This document shows positions 12,166-25,062 of a DNA stretch of 64,000 nt, in pieces (positions within the stretch are counted from its first letter, which is position 1; each line of letters opens with the position of its first letter). Made by a program: the position numbers and the translations under genes. The stretch is from positions 62,001 to 126,000 of the forward strand of contig NW_003314348.1 of the NCBI RefSeq assembly GCF_000143415.4, in the 5' to 3' direction. The notes under the pieces are model-generated. The model did not search any database. It had not been told where the DNA came from and worked only from the letters and a program-made list of their open reading frames with translations. The stretch is from Selaginella moellendorffii (Eukaryota; Plantae; Lycopodiophyta).

Positions 12166-15100
12166 ATACATAAATCTGTATATAAGCAGGGGTCTAAACC
12201 CCAATTAATATACCTATTCCCACTCACATAAACTAAATATTAAAATGTTGTGTTAAAACTAAAACTCAATTTTTATATATTTACTAATGTTTTTCTCTAA
12301 TCAAGAGATAAAAATATAAAGCAAATAAAAAGTAAATACTATATGTTGAAAATGGAAAATATAAAGTGATAAAATGTTTTTATTACTTTTGCTTTGATGA
12401 TTTAAAATACATAAAACTTTTAAAATAGGAGCAAATACATACTAAGGATAAAGAAGGCTATAGGAGGCAACTATTACAGATTAATGCTTAAGTATTAATG
12501 TGATATAAAATCTTTTTTTGAAAATGAATAAACTTATTTAAATTTTAAACATATTACTATTTCTGTTTAACTTTCTAAAAGAATTCAAAATAGATAATTT
12601 TTATTATAATTTTTATTAAACCACATTATATAACAAGAGTCTTGCCATTTTAAAGAAAAACATTAATACCAGCCTTTATGAGTGCATGGAATATGGAAAA
12701 AAATGTGCATATCAATTAGCTCAAAAACTTTAGCTTATACACAGGAGTGAGTGATCCGAATTAAAACCAATCTGATGGCTACCAAAACCCCACTACGCTA
12801 ATATTAATATATGGTATTGTAGCTATACACTTGGACCTCACATCATTCCCTCCTCTCAAAATAATAAAAAGACCATCTGGGTTCTTTTGTAGATAGGCCA
12901 GGATTTGGAGGAACATCAAGAGGATGCATTAGCAGATATATAGATGGTATTAATTATTTTTGATCCTTTTGTACAAATTGTTTCAAATGTTGCACATACA
13001 AAATTTCTAGAGGATCGACCTACTGGACATCATGTCAAACCTTATAAACTTGTGGTCCAACTTGCTGCAACATTCGATATAGTCTTTTCCACTTAGTAAA
13101 GAGTGCTTTAGATAAACCACATATCGTAAGATGGGGAAAATGGACTAACACCAAGTCATCCATTTTGTACTCTACAGATGGATGATGATGGGAGTTGTAG
13201 TGCCATTGTTGTCCCACTTTTATATGGCCTAAGTGTTCAGTAGATTCTACTTGGATAAGTGGAAAAATTCTCATCAAATACTGATCCCATAACCTAGTAT
13301 TGGCAGCTCGTGGTAATCACGAAAGTAAACCCAGCTCCATTGGTAATATTGGATCATGACCATATAAGAGTTTATATGATGAAGCACCAACAAAACTCTG
13401 CACCCCTATGACATATGCATACCAAAGAGATGGCAAATAACTATCCCAATCCGAATGCTGAAAGTTAATATACTTCGTGATTATTCCTTTGAATGTTCAA
13501 ATAAGCCGTTCCACCAAACTGTCTAACTGTGGATGATAAGCACTCGTGAAAGTGTAGTGGATCCCTAACTGAGATGTCAAAACGTGAAATGCCTCAGCAA
13601 TAAATACAAGACTATTATCCGAAAGAATCTATTCCAGACAAGAATGCTAGAACACCACTCAATTGAGGAAGAAGTATCTAATAACAGTTGCAGAGGCGCT
13701 AGCAAGACCACCAACTTCCAACCAACAAGTCAAATAGTTAGAAGCAATAATAACATATTTATTGCTAGAAATCAATCGTGGAAAAGATCCCATAAAATAA
13801 AATGCCACCAGCTCAAACAGGCGAGAAACTGCAATTGACTTTAACCATCCTTCTGCGGCACGAGGGGGAGTATTACAAGCCTGGCACCAAACGTAGCTAT
13901 GGATATACTGGATAACATCACGTCACATCTCTGGCCAATAAAAAGACCTACGCAACTTCTCAGTTACACAAGATGTCTTATATGCCCGCCTAGAATAAGA
14001 GAATCATGGTAGGCATGGAGAAATTGTAGAATAAAGACAGAAGGCACCACCAGCCATAAAGGATCATCAAGAACCGTCCCCACAAAATAAAGAAGGCTGT
14101 CTTCAAAACAATATTAAGATTGTAAATGCTAAAATGGTAAGTCATTAGCAAGTGATTGAAACCCATCTCGAAACCTTTGAATCCACAGCTCAGTCTTTTG
14201 AGCCTTGCAGACCTCATCAAAAGAAGGTAGATGTAACGCTGAATTTCAAGCCGAACTCCAAGCCTGTTGCACAACAAAACGAGGGTCCAATACAATCCTA
14301 CGAGCACCAGCTCCCCATATCCAGCACCTGCACGCAAAAATGGTGTCAGATGGGAGTCTGGCACAATTTTGGCATACTAGTGGCCTAACGTGAGGAGCAG
14401 GGTACCCTACCGACTGGAGCAGTGTGGAGCTTAGGTTTAGACTCAAGCCGGACGCAGAACAAGGAGCAACATAACCTAACAGGAGCCAAACTAATGTCTC
14501 AAGTGGTCGAACATGCATTTCAACCACTATCCCTACTATACATTTAGAACTCCCTATATCCCCCCCCCCCCTTGAGGAACACACACTTTGGGTTTTCACC
14601 CCAAGCCTCCCTTAGTACCAAGAGTTAGTCTTTGAGATAAGCTCAAAACTTACTAAATATGGAATGGCATAAGATTGCGAATTTGGACACAGGATGAACA
14701 CTATTGTGTTCAGGCCAACCTCTACATTCTATAGATATGCCAAATGAGTGAATCTAGACACTTTCCATAAATAGCATTTGGGACCAAAATGAGACCAACA
14801 CAAAGGGTATGATAGCGAGAGTGTTTGGCAAACACGATAAACTATCATCTAGCAATATTGAGGGATTAGTCTCAATACATGAGGGTTTTTGCCAAGCTAG
14901 TGCAAGATAGAGCAAAAGAAAACTAAAAAGCCAGGCCAAGTATGTTTGGCAAAATAGACACTTAAGAATTCCGTCCTTATGCTTATCCGGCCAAGTACAA
15001 ATAAGCTCTATTTCGTTAAAGTGGGATTTATTCAGTAAAATGGGACTAAGTACAAATTTTCAAGTATTTGAAAATGATGTGAATTTATATGTTTTTTGTC

Positions 15101-15500
15101 CATGGGCTAGACATATCTGGGGCATGGTGACTAGCGCGGTGACTTTGTGTCCAGACTGAGTCCATCTGGTTGTATAATAAATCTCATTGTCAAGGTGAAC
15201 AAGCCGAATCTGAAGCTAAAGAAGAGCGATGGCATGCGCGCACACACTATTTGTTTGTTCATTGAGCGTGTGGTGAGCTTTCCAAGATGAACGTCATTCC
15301 TATTAGCTAGACATATAACTTAATGGTGAGAACATTTAGATATTATTCAATGTTATCTTTTTCTAACGAATCTAATTGTGAAGGTGTAGCAAGAGGCATT
15401 GCTAGTCTGGAGAAGTCATTTAACTCATTTGACCCTTAGTGTATTTTCATGAAACTAAATAACATTTATATTATTAAGGAATTTCTCTAGTACCTTTTTT

Positions 15501-16538
15501 TTACGACATAAAGGCTTGCATTTCTTTCAAAGGTGATTTAGTAAAAGGCCTGAGGGCACATGCCATTTTCGACAAAGCCATTTTGATAGCAGTGCACTCG
15601 TCACACTTTGAAAAGCTGGAGTACTTTCTTATACTCACATCCCTGAACCTGTTGCTCCACAATCTACTAAATCTAGATTGGCTCAGCTTCCTGTAGCCAT
15701 TACTCTGGAGTTCCCGATTCACATCTTCCAATATGGCCCCCTTGGTATACATGGAAGGGAGAACTCGTTAGGTGTCTTGTGTTCCATCTTCCAAGAGGCG
15801 GGTTTTATGTGGTTGTTGCTCGCTACATGTCTCGACAAACCTCTTGAAGATTGCCTCTTCATATACAACATGACCCCTGGTTTTGTGAGTACTGTCGTTC
15901 CCATGGACTGCCTGTTGAACCCTTTGTTCCTCGAATTCAGTTTTGATTCTGTAGAATGTGGTTTGAGGGACTCCATAAATGATTCTCCATGCCTTCATGC
16001 AGACCAAACCCTTCTGGAAGACCATGCCCCCCACCTGATGTTCTGAAGCATCAACAGATGACCGTAATGCCTCATACACAAAATTGCGAGCTGCCTTCCA
16101 GGACAATGTCTTGTATCTTGCTCTCTCCTCTTCAATAGCATCCCAATTAGCATGTTGACAGCACCTCCTCTTGCAACAAGCAACTGTCGAGACCATTCGA
16201 ACCTCCATCGCCATTTTCTGCCTTTTCGGTTCGTTGCTCAGATCCCTTTGGCTGCGCTTTAGAAAGGTGTACTTTCTTTTCCCATGAAGAGATGTTCTGT
16301 CATCAGTTGTAGTGGTGTTTGATTGTGAATCCTTCACATTCTCAAACACTAAGTACCTCAATTTCCACCGCACAATGCTTCCAATAGTCAGATTGTTTTC
16401 TTCTGTGTCAACAACCTCTAAAATCGCAACTCCAATATCATCCCAGCCCAATTCTTGATTAGCAACCGCATCTCTTGGATCGACAACTGTGGCTAAGCCC
16501 TCAGCTACCACCTCCCCCTCGGGGTTGTTTAGAAACAC
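15501..16538 (-). pseudogene. N-terminal half of a Sola-like transposase, one in-frame stop, catalytic core absent
   Basis: Two ORFs in one frame separated by TAA at 15768-15770. Motifs CCKRRCC...VCMKAWRIIYGVPQTTFYR and LP...SRFSRLW...F..VSIRKYSSFSKCDEC resemble Sola-type N-terminal Cys regions (recognised from memory, not searched). No DD(E/D) region before the TIR. Confidence 0.6.
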
Positions 16539-17017
16539 CTTTGCCTAAATCCATGTAGCACGGTTCTTAAGATCCACGGAGGGAACATGCGCTGTCCCCA
16601 ACATCTGCTTTCTTCTGAAGATTTTTCAAGGCAACAACAACATTTACCCCGACGACCATCTCTCCTCGTTCAATAGCGACCACATTCCCATCGAAGACAG
16701 TCTCTACTGATACACCCTAAGCCATTGACAGTGTATAACAAAGTTCCGATCCATAGACACAAGGGTCTCTTTTGCAACTCTCTTCCCACCATTCAAAATG
16801 TAAACCTTTTCCCCAACCCTGAAGGCCATTCTGAAAGTGCAGAAAAGAAGTTAAGACCATAAAAAAAATGATTGGAGAATGGCCTAAATCATAATATACC
16901 AAACAACCTCAATAGCATGAGGCCACATGCCATTATTCAAACATGTTATTGACACCCATGTGAAATTTCGCATTCACAAAATTGGCATGAGCCCTCATGC
17001 CATTAGTGGTACCATTA

Positions 17018-17209
17018 ATGGCATGAGGCCTCACGCTATCTTTGGCCCCTGCTAACCTGTTGCTATATTCCTTTTGCCTTGTGGCAATTGTATATATTTT
17101 TGTGTGCGTGACTAGTCACCCATACAAAAATATATACAGTTGCAGCAAGGCAAAAGGAATATGGCAATAGGCTAGCAGGGGCCAAAGATGGCATGAGGCC
17201 TCATGCCAT
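17018..17209. repeat. ~190-bp near-perfect inverted repeat with no spacer
   Basis: Arms pair around the centre GTGACTAGTCAC (17108-17119), e.g. TCTTTGGCCCCTGCTA/TAGCAGGGGCCAAAGA and ATATTCCTTTTGCCTTG/CAAGGCAAAAGGAATAT. Confidence 0.93.
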
Positions 17210-17398
17210 CTTGATATACACACAGCTGCAGGCAAGTAAAAACATACATAACAATACGCTAGCCATGAAATTGCAAGAGCCCAAGATGGCATGTGGCCTC
17301 ATGCCATTTCTAAATGTGGTCTTAAGCCATTCCATAGTGAACATACCAGGAAGCACAAGTGCCGAATATCAAGAGGAAGCGGTAGCCACACCAAAGAC

Positions 17399-17521
17399 AG
17401 TGCCGCTCGCAACACCGCAACTACTTGTAGTGCCGCTCGCAACACCGCAACTGCTCGTAGCGCCGCTCGCACAAACTGCCACTCGCATAAACTGCTGCTC
17501 GCAATGCCGCAACCGCTCGTA
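17399..17521. repeat. 30-bp minisatellite (AGTGCCGCTCGCAACACCGCAACTRCTYGT), two good copies plus degenerate ones
   Basis: Read directly from the sequence. Confidence 0.8.
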
Positions 17522-17645
17522 GACGCATAAACCACAGCTCACAACGCTGCTTACACAAGCAGCGCTCACTGCGCTCAGCAGAACCAAGAACATGGCGCAC
17601 AAAATGATAGACCTAGGAATGAGTTTGAGAATTCAAAAATAACAC

Positions 17646-19549
17646 ACGCTTGAACGTCACATCAAATCCTTTGACAAACCAGATCTTATGATTCCTTTGA
17701 CAAATTTCAAACTGAGTAGCTTCTAGACTTTGCTGTCGGACGTTGAACTTTTTCACATCATGTCCTTGCCTCGATCCAGCTGTGCCATGTCAGTGATTCG
17801 AACTTTGCCATGCCATGTCAGCGATCCGCGCCAAGATTATTCGCCATGTAAAGGAATAATTATGCTATGTGTGTACGTCCATTTATGGCAATATAAGGCC
17901 ACATGCCATTCAAAGACTAATGCTAGTCGAGCATTTTTTGGTGCATTTTTGGGTTCAAAATTCACACGCTATAAAGTTTACCTGTACCAAAAATAGAAAC
18001 AGCTTTATTTACTTGGGAATTTAAGTGGTTGAGGCATTTTTAAACTTACAAACACATGCCCTACTTACATTCCTTTGGTTGCTTAAAATTCAAAAATATT
18101 ATAAACCTTTCTTTTTGCATTTTCAATGTTTTCAATTATGGTTTTTGATTTTCGCAGGACTAGCCTAGTAATCTATTTGCATCCCGTCATGTTTATAGCT
18201 AGCTTTCGTTTGTCCCCTTCGCTAGCCTGAGATACATCTGCTCGGCATCTGCCTCTTACAGCATTTGCCCAGAAAGGGCATCTTTCTTCACGCAGCATTT
18301 GCCACATGTTTAGGGTTTAGGGTTTAGCAATTCAGTAGCTTGATAAACATGCAAATACAGAACTTGATGCAAAATCCTTTGATATATCACAATGCCCCTA
18401 GGACCATAAACACATTTCAATAGAGAGGGTCCTTTCATTTCATAACTCCTTACGTAGATCTTGGTGAAACCAGAGTTAGTGAAGTTAGTTTCTTGAGATC
18501 CCGCATCTGATTGTGATGTCCCTTTGTAGTGTCGATGGAAAGGTCAATGCAGACCAAACTGTAAAATCTTGGAGCAAAATAACGGTCGGATCTATGGCAA
18601 ATGCCCCTGAAACATTGTAAGGTTCGTGTGGTTTCATATGGTGTCCGATCGAGATGCTTCTTTGCAAGGTCATCAAGAAAGACATTGTATACCATTTTGT
18701 AAAATCTAGTTGCGATTTAACGGTTGGATCTCCAGAAAACTCAATAAAATCTCACGCGTGTAAGAATATTCTAGGAATATACTCCTATGTGCCCCTGAAA
18801 ATGGCATGCAGCCCCACGCCATTCAAGAGATAACGCCAGATGACACCGAGCATTTTTTGGTGCATTTTTTGGGATCAAAATTGCATGAGCCCAGACGCTT
18901 GAACGTTACATCAAATCCTCTGACAAACCAGATCTTATAATTCCTCTGACAAATTTCAAACTGAGTAGCTTCTAGACTTTGCTGTCGGACGTTGAACTTT
19001 GTCACATCATGTCCTTGCCTCGATCCAGCTGTGCCATGTTAGTGATTCGAACTTTGCCATGCCATGTCAGCGATCCGCGCCAAGATTATTCGCCGTGTAA
19101 CTGCTCGGCATCTGCCTCTTACAGCATTTGCCCAGAAAGGGCATCTTTCTTCACGCAGCATTTGCCACATGTTTAGGGTTTAGGGTTTAGCAATTCAGTA
19201 GCTTGATAAATATGCAAATACAGAACTTGATGCAAAATCCTTTGATATGTCACAATGCCCCTAAGACCATAAACACATTTCAATAGAGAGGGTCCTTTAA
19301 TTTCATAACTCTTTACGTAGATCTTGGTGAAACCAGAGTTAGTGAAGTTGGTTTCTTGAGATCCCGCATCTGATTGTGATGTCCCTTTGCAGTGTCGATG
19401 GAAAGGTCAATGCACACCAAACTGTAGAATCTTGGAGCAAAATAACGGTTGGATCTATGGCAAATGCCCCTGAAACATTGTAAGGCTCGTGTGGTCTCAT
19501 GTGGTGTCCGATCGAGATGCTTCTTTGCAGGGTCATCAAGAAGGACATT
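17646..19549. repeat. Internal direct duplications A..B..A'B' in the TIR element
   Basis: 17646-17851 matches 18895-19100; 18238-18686 matches 19101-19549. Each B block carries GTTTAGGGTTTAGGGTTTAG. Confidence 0.9.
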
Positions 19550-20223
19550 TATTTAGCTGAACATCTGGCATTTTTGGAAATACAAGATGCTTTGGAATAT
19601 CCAATCATGCATGGTATAAATATAGCGAGGGTATTAAATGATATCCCAATCATGATCTTTCTTTTGGATTTCGCGTGCATGCAGTCTGAGGAATGATGAC
19701 GTTGTGGATTTCTTTTGGATTTCACGTGCATGCATGCGCGCGGCGATCCAGAAATTAATGGTGGCGCCCAAGTCCGAGGAATGATGACGTTGCGGGATTA
19801 CCAACCGTCGTGACATTTCGCGCGTGTGAGGTTAGGTTTTGCATTTTGCTTCGTACTCGCACTTGCACACTCGCGCTCGCATCGCACTCCCACTCGCGAT
19901 CACGCTCACATTCGCGCTCATCTACCTTCTCTACAGGTTTCTCGTGTGCATCGGCGTCCACTCGCGCTTGCATCACACTCGCGCTCGCATCGCGCTCGTG
20001 TGCATCAGCATCCACTTCAAGACACACCCAGTTTGTAACTTCGCTGCCAACTCCGCCGCCCACTCCGCCACCCACACGCAGCCCACTTGGCGTCCCGGGA
20101 GATTTCAGCACCACTCTCCAACTGTAAGTGGCAGAGTAGCCTTGTTGCTACGATCCGCTGCACACACAGTGCACATTCGCCAGCGAGTCCGGCCTCGATT
20201 GTCATGCCTCCATTCGGCTTCAA

Positions 20224-21644
20224 ATGGTAAGTCTTTTAGGCCAAGTAGAAAATGGCATGAGGCCACATGCCATTCAGTAGCAACATTGGCATGCACCGAT
20301 TAGGCTCTTGAGTGCAGTCCGGTTACAGATGGCGTGTAGCCTCATGCCATCTTAGGATGCAGCCTCAAGACATCTGATGCAGTGGTGAATGGCGTGTGGC
20401 CTCGCGTTATTTCCAGCTGCTAGCTTTTCATCTGTCAACTCTAATTGTTGTGCATTTCTGAACAGGCGAGGAATTGCGTTCTTCTTCCAGCCACTATCAA
20501 TGTGGATGCAGAGAAGGGGGAGGAGCTCACCAGTTGGACTTTTGGGATGGAAGGCGAGGATCTGAGGCTGTACAACACAGATGGTGGGAGAAAAGAATGC
20601 ATGGGGATCCTCATCCAAGTGACAGACACTCCATGCAGTTCCATACAAGAATATGGACTGGCACTTGTGGTAGAGATAGCGTCCGCCTTCAAGATCCACC
20701 TTGCACATCCTAGCGGCTTCCCGGAGGGGGGCAGCGGCTATGAGAAATTCCTAGAGGGAGCTAGGGAGAGGTTGTCCAGGAGGCCCACAATTTCAAAGAC
20801 GCTGCGGGTCTATGAAGATCACATGGAATCCACGAACCTCACCTATGGCGATATTCAAAAACTATATTCCAACATTGAGCCGTTGAGAGTGACTCCAGTT
20901 TGCGAAGCGAAGGGGAAGGGGGTCGATCTGGAAACTACCCAGAAGCAGAAAAGGGTGGTCAAGCTCAAGCCGACGTCCGACTCTCCTGCTCCAAAAAAGA
21001 AGCTACTCGGTGATGCCATTGCCTCGGGTTCGAACACTACACCCACCAAAAAGAAGAGCCGCAAAGAGCAGAAAGAGCAAGAAGAGGCAGCAAAAATCGT
21101 CACAGATAATAGTACTTGTTACTATTCCAACAAAGTATATACAATCGATGTGAGCCACATCGACATCCAAAGCAAATACAACCACAAGCTAGTATCTGAT
21201 GAGTGGCTGGAGAAACTGAAGCAGAAGATGCTGGCAAGTCCAATAACACCCGACATCGCAGACGTGATCCCCTACTACCGAACAATGAAGGGCGAGACGA
21301 GGTTTCCAGACTTGATTAATAGGAAGGTGTTGGACGATCAGAACATCCGGTTCTATGCCGTCTCCGGGCAGCATTCTAGCTTGGCGATGCAAGAGATAGT
21401 TGTGGATATTATGGTGGGCGAGGAGGTGAAGAAAGTCTTCAAGACAAGAGTTGTCTGCCTGATAAAAGGCAACTCGCCCCTCCGATCTATCATATACATC
21501 TCCCACGCGCAGAATGTCAAGCAAGAAACGTGCTACAAATCGGGTCTGCACGAGACATTGGCACGAACACGGAAGCTCTGGGTTTAACTAAAGAAGCCAC
21601 AAAAACCAGGACAAGGACGTGCACTAGCAACTAGCGCCTGGCAG
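20224..21644 (+). pseudogene. Transposon-borne gene with a ParB/Srx-like domain, premature stop at 21585-21587
   Basis: ATG|GTAAGT at 20224, acceptor at 20465, then a ~370-codon exon with basic NLS-like tracts (PAPKKKL, PTKKKSRK) and VYTIDVSHIDI...LVSDEWLEKLKQKM...RFYAVSGQHSSLAM, which fits the ParB-fold hydrophobic strand plus GxH pattern. The frame continues past TAA to a CAG|GTAAG donor at 21644. Confidence 0.55.
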
Positions 21645-23225
21645 GTAAGCCTCATTGCATGTGGCATAGCATGTGGCCTCACGCCATTTCCATTGCAGAA
21701 ATCAACCAAATGGCAGATGGAATGGTATATCAGAAGCCATTTGATCGGACAGACACCAGTCATCATTTATGGCATATATATTGTCTAGCCAAGCACTATC
21801 CGCATCTCCATAATCTGCTCAACCGGATGGGTTCTTCGACCACTGAACATGAGCGTGGACGTATTAGAGAAGAGATGGCATTACTATTGGGTTTAAATCC
21901 TGATAGTGTGGAGAGTGATGAAATTCCAAGATTATTGTATAGGCGTTGGAGGCAAAAAATAACAGTCTGAGATGGCATGTATTTATTTAAAAATGTAACT
22001 TATTATGGCATGGGGTTCCATGCCATTGTATTAATATTAAAAGACAATTCTTTGAGAGGATTTACATTATACTAGAAGTGTTACAGCATGTTATTGGAAG
22101 TTTACGAAGTTGTTTTATTAATAAGGGGAAAGTAAAGATTGAATGGGGACTTGGGCTCCACCTAGACTCGGAGCAACTGAGCCAATATTAAAAGGATGGA
22201 AAGAAATTGAACGACGATGACAAGGAGAAGAGAGAGGTGAAGCAGTGGCAGGGAGAGAAGTGATTGAGTAGACATTTCCTTGTTTAAAATAAAATGGCAT
22301 GTGCCTCAATGCAGTTGAATTTTGTTATATTTATACACTATATAAAGGTTTGGAAACCTTATTTTACAAGTGGGATAATGACAATTCCCACTTTAACGAA
22401 ATAGAGCTTAAATGCTAAGTCTAGTTTACTAACACTTGGACAAGAGGGGCCAATAAAGGGAACCAACAGTACCGACCTCTTGCCGTCATGGTAGTAAGGA
22501 AAGAGTGTCCGTAAGGACTGGCCGACAAGTATCTTTCAATACCCGAAATTACATTCGCGACACTCTCCCCCCCCTGGAGAAAATCGATATCTTCGTTGAT
22601 GCATACCCAAGTTTAGCAAACCGTCAAGGAAACAACTCTGAAAGTTAACGGAAAGCACACTATGTGGGAAACACACCGACTTATATGAGTTATGGAACAA
22701 CCTCTCCTCTACGTCCAAAGACGTCCAGACTTAGACACCCTCCGACCGTCACCGATAAGGAAATGACTAACGGAGTTAGCCACCCTTGTTGCTCCAAGTA
22801 CCACTCAACTTATAAAGGAATGATATATCCTTGCCTGTAGAGATATGGGGAGAAGGCCAGAGGCCTAACTTCCCCTGAGCAAGAAATCAACCCTTTGGGA
22901 AGATTTAAACAACTATTATAAACAAGCAGATTAAGTTGTTTACATGATCACACCCCTTTTCAAAAATGAGTCATCGAGAGAGAGAGGCGGGGACTTGTGA
23001 TCAGTCTATAATAGTTATCCCCATGGTTATGGATTGGACCCACGCACCGAAGTGCCGAAGTCAACCTGCCAAAACTGACCCAAGTACTAATGAACGAGAG
23101 AAACAAAACTTTGATTTATAGAAATATATTACTTTATTATTTTTCAAGATTTAAGACAATATTTACAAAAACTAGTTTTCTTTTACTATTCGCATACTCC
23201 GTAATAAGCTCATGAGCATGTGTAA

Positions 23226-23479
23226 GATTGCTAAGAGGCTCTTAAGTTGATTCACAAGTTGGATAGCCTTTCCACTTAACTAGATACTCTCGACGTTTGG
23301 CATGTTCAAGCCAGCATGCGTCCAAAATAGCCTCCACTTCATATTCAAGTTCACCATCCACAACTTTTGGAAATGGATGAATCTCCCTGTGTCATGCAAC
23401 ATCCATAGTGTAAGGAGTCAATAGATTGGCATGAAATACATTATGAATATTTGACATCTTCGCAAGATCCAACCGATAG
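23226..23479 (-). pseudogene. Integrase C-terminus and chromodomain of element C
   Basis: Minus-strand translation gives IHNVFHANLL and then EYEVEAILD...EYLVKWKGYPTCEST*EPLSNL. Confidence 0.85.
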
Positions 23480-23716
23480 GATACTGTGAGACACAAAATC
23501 CCTAGGCCCCAAAGTGGAGCTGGAAAGGGTGCCACGTGGTAATGGCCGAAGCAAAAGCCAAACGAGCGTAACATGTTTGGACTAAAAGCTCCGACTTGGA
23601 AGGCTGAGAGTGGGAGTGGAACTCCCAACAAAGTGCTCAAGGAACAAGCATGAAGCGAGCAATAAGTGAGACTCCAAAAAGGGACCCAAAAGGACCAACA
23701 CCTGACACGTGGAAGT

Positions 23717-24051
23717 GTCCGAGATGGAGTCCGAGGTGGAGTCCGAGGTGGAGTCCGAGATGGAGTCCGAGATGGAGTCCGAAGTGGAGTCCGAAGTGGA
23801 GTCCGAGATGGAGTCCGAAGTGGAGTCCGAGATGGAGTCCGAAGTGGAGTCCGAGATGGAGTCCGAGAAGGACCCGAGATGGAGTCCGAGGTCGAGACCG
23901 AGACTGGGACCGAGACCGGAACCGAGACCAGGACCGAGACTGAGACCAAGACCGAGACCGGGACCGAGACCGAGACTGAGGCGAAGGCCGAGACCGAGCC
24001 CGAGCCCGAGTCCGAGTCCGAGTCTGAGTCCGAGTCTGAGTCCGAGTCTGA
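23717..24051. repeat. LTR minisatellite: 12-mers (GAGATGGAGTCC) grading into 6-mers (GAGACC/GAGTCC)
   Basis: Read directly; longer counterpart in the 3' LTR. Confidence 0.95.
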
Positions 24052-25062
24052 GAGGGTGAAAGCCCAAAGCGTTTGTCTCCCAGACCCTGGGGGGTTTGGT
24101 GAGCTCCAAAAGTATAGTAAGGGGGAGGACTGTAGTGGAGCCAGTTTGGCTAGGAAAGGCCAGTTTGGCCCAGGAAGGCCAGACCCAGTGTTGGGTGATG
24201 AACTGACCACTGGGAAGTCCAAGACTAGAGTGAATACGGATCGACAAGCGGGGTAGCTTGGTGAAGTGTTCAAGAGCCGGCTCTAGTTCCCCCGGGAGAT
24301 CGACTGGCCGATGCTCCCAGTCCAAGTGTGGGTGGCACTACCTACTTGGATACCAGGGGTGGCTCAACGGAACCTCGCTCTAAGCCCATGGCTAGAGCAC
24401 CCAAAGGCGAAAGGCGGGGAGAGTACCCAGGTGGCTCGCGTAAGGTCACAGTGTTCCGAAGTGTTGTCCCAAAGTCCCAGACTGTGGAAAGGAAAAGGAG
24501 TAGTCCTTTAGTGTGGTGGCCAAGGATACTGTCATGTGGTGAGGAAGTCCCAGAGGACCATGGGACTTAGTGGTCAAGCTTGTGGGCCTCGATCCAGTGG
24601 CAGTGTTGGCACACACGGTCAAGGGCAGAAAGGGACTTAGTGGGGACAGACAGAGGGATATTGGGGAAGGCTGCTCCCCTTGTCGGTGGGCATCCTAAGG
24701 ATGCTAAGGAGTGGATCTGGAATGACCACTCACAGATGGTTGGCTCAGTCTTGGAGAGACAAGACTGTGTTGCAAGTGGTATTGGACTACCGGTGCGGCA
24801 AAGGTGATTAGGCATGGCCTTAGCGTAACAGGCTGCTATGTCGGTGGTACCTTTGAGTGTCGGTCATGGGATCAGACACGTAGAGCACTTGGACCAGGTG
24901 CAAGGGTGGAGTGGCATGGATGCCACTCTTGGGGCTAGCAAGTCCCAAGTCCTGAATTGGACTTATGGAGGTTGTGAATGAAACTCCTCCAAGTGGTCAA
25001 AGGTGTGGTTAAGTGACTAAAGTAGAATGGAAAAATTAGTCGCTTACAACTTGGTATCAGAG

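Larger units (their letters stand above)
16913..22313. repeat. Dispersed 20-bp palindrome family, consensus TGGCATGAGGCCTCATGCCA
   Basis: Copies start at 16913, 16983, 17019, 17189 (perfect), 17287, 17886 (gapped), 18802, 20253, 20330, 20390, 21667, 22006 and 22295 (degenerate). Not noticed outside the TIR element. Confidence 0.9.
15003..22409. mobile_element. 7.4 kb TIR DNA transposon, probably Sola-like, internally deleted
   Basis: Perfect 24-bp TIRs AAGCTCTATTTCGTTAAAGTGGGA (15003-15026; 22386-22409). The empty site in the other LTR (GTACAAATGCTAAG, ~36240) shows a 4-bp AAAT duplication, matching the AWWT preference of Sola1. Alternative parse: 25-bp TIR with AA duplication. Confidence 0.85.

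Noticed and set aside
18308-18327. True telomere or chromosome-healing site
   Set aside because: Under three repeat units, duplicated with the surrounding block inside a transposon; better read as a telo-box-like tract.
15003-22409. CACTA, hAT or Mutator assignment
   Set aside because: The ends are not CACTA/G, and the target duplication is 4 bp (or 2 bp), not 3, 8 or 9 bp.
23717-24051. CRISPR-like array
   Set aside because: Contiguous tandem units with no unique spacers, eukaryotic context and no cas genes. The 20-bp palindromes at 16913-22313 are irregularly spaced and also do not form an array.
23582-24325. Long ORFs in nearly all frames over the LTR repeats (ESEV, WSPR, GVRD, DSTS, RTPS), also at 28959-30172
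   Set aside because: By-product of stop-free 12-mer and 6-mer units inside LTRs; no unique coding content.
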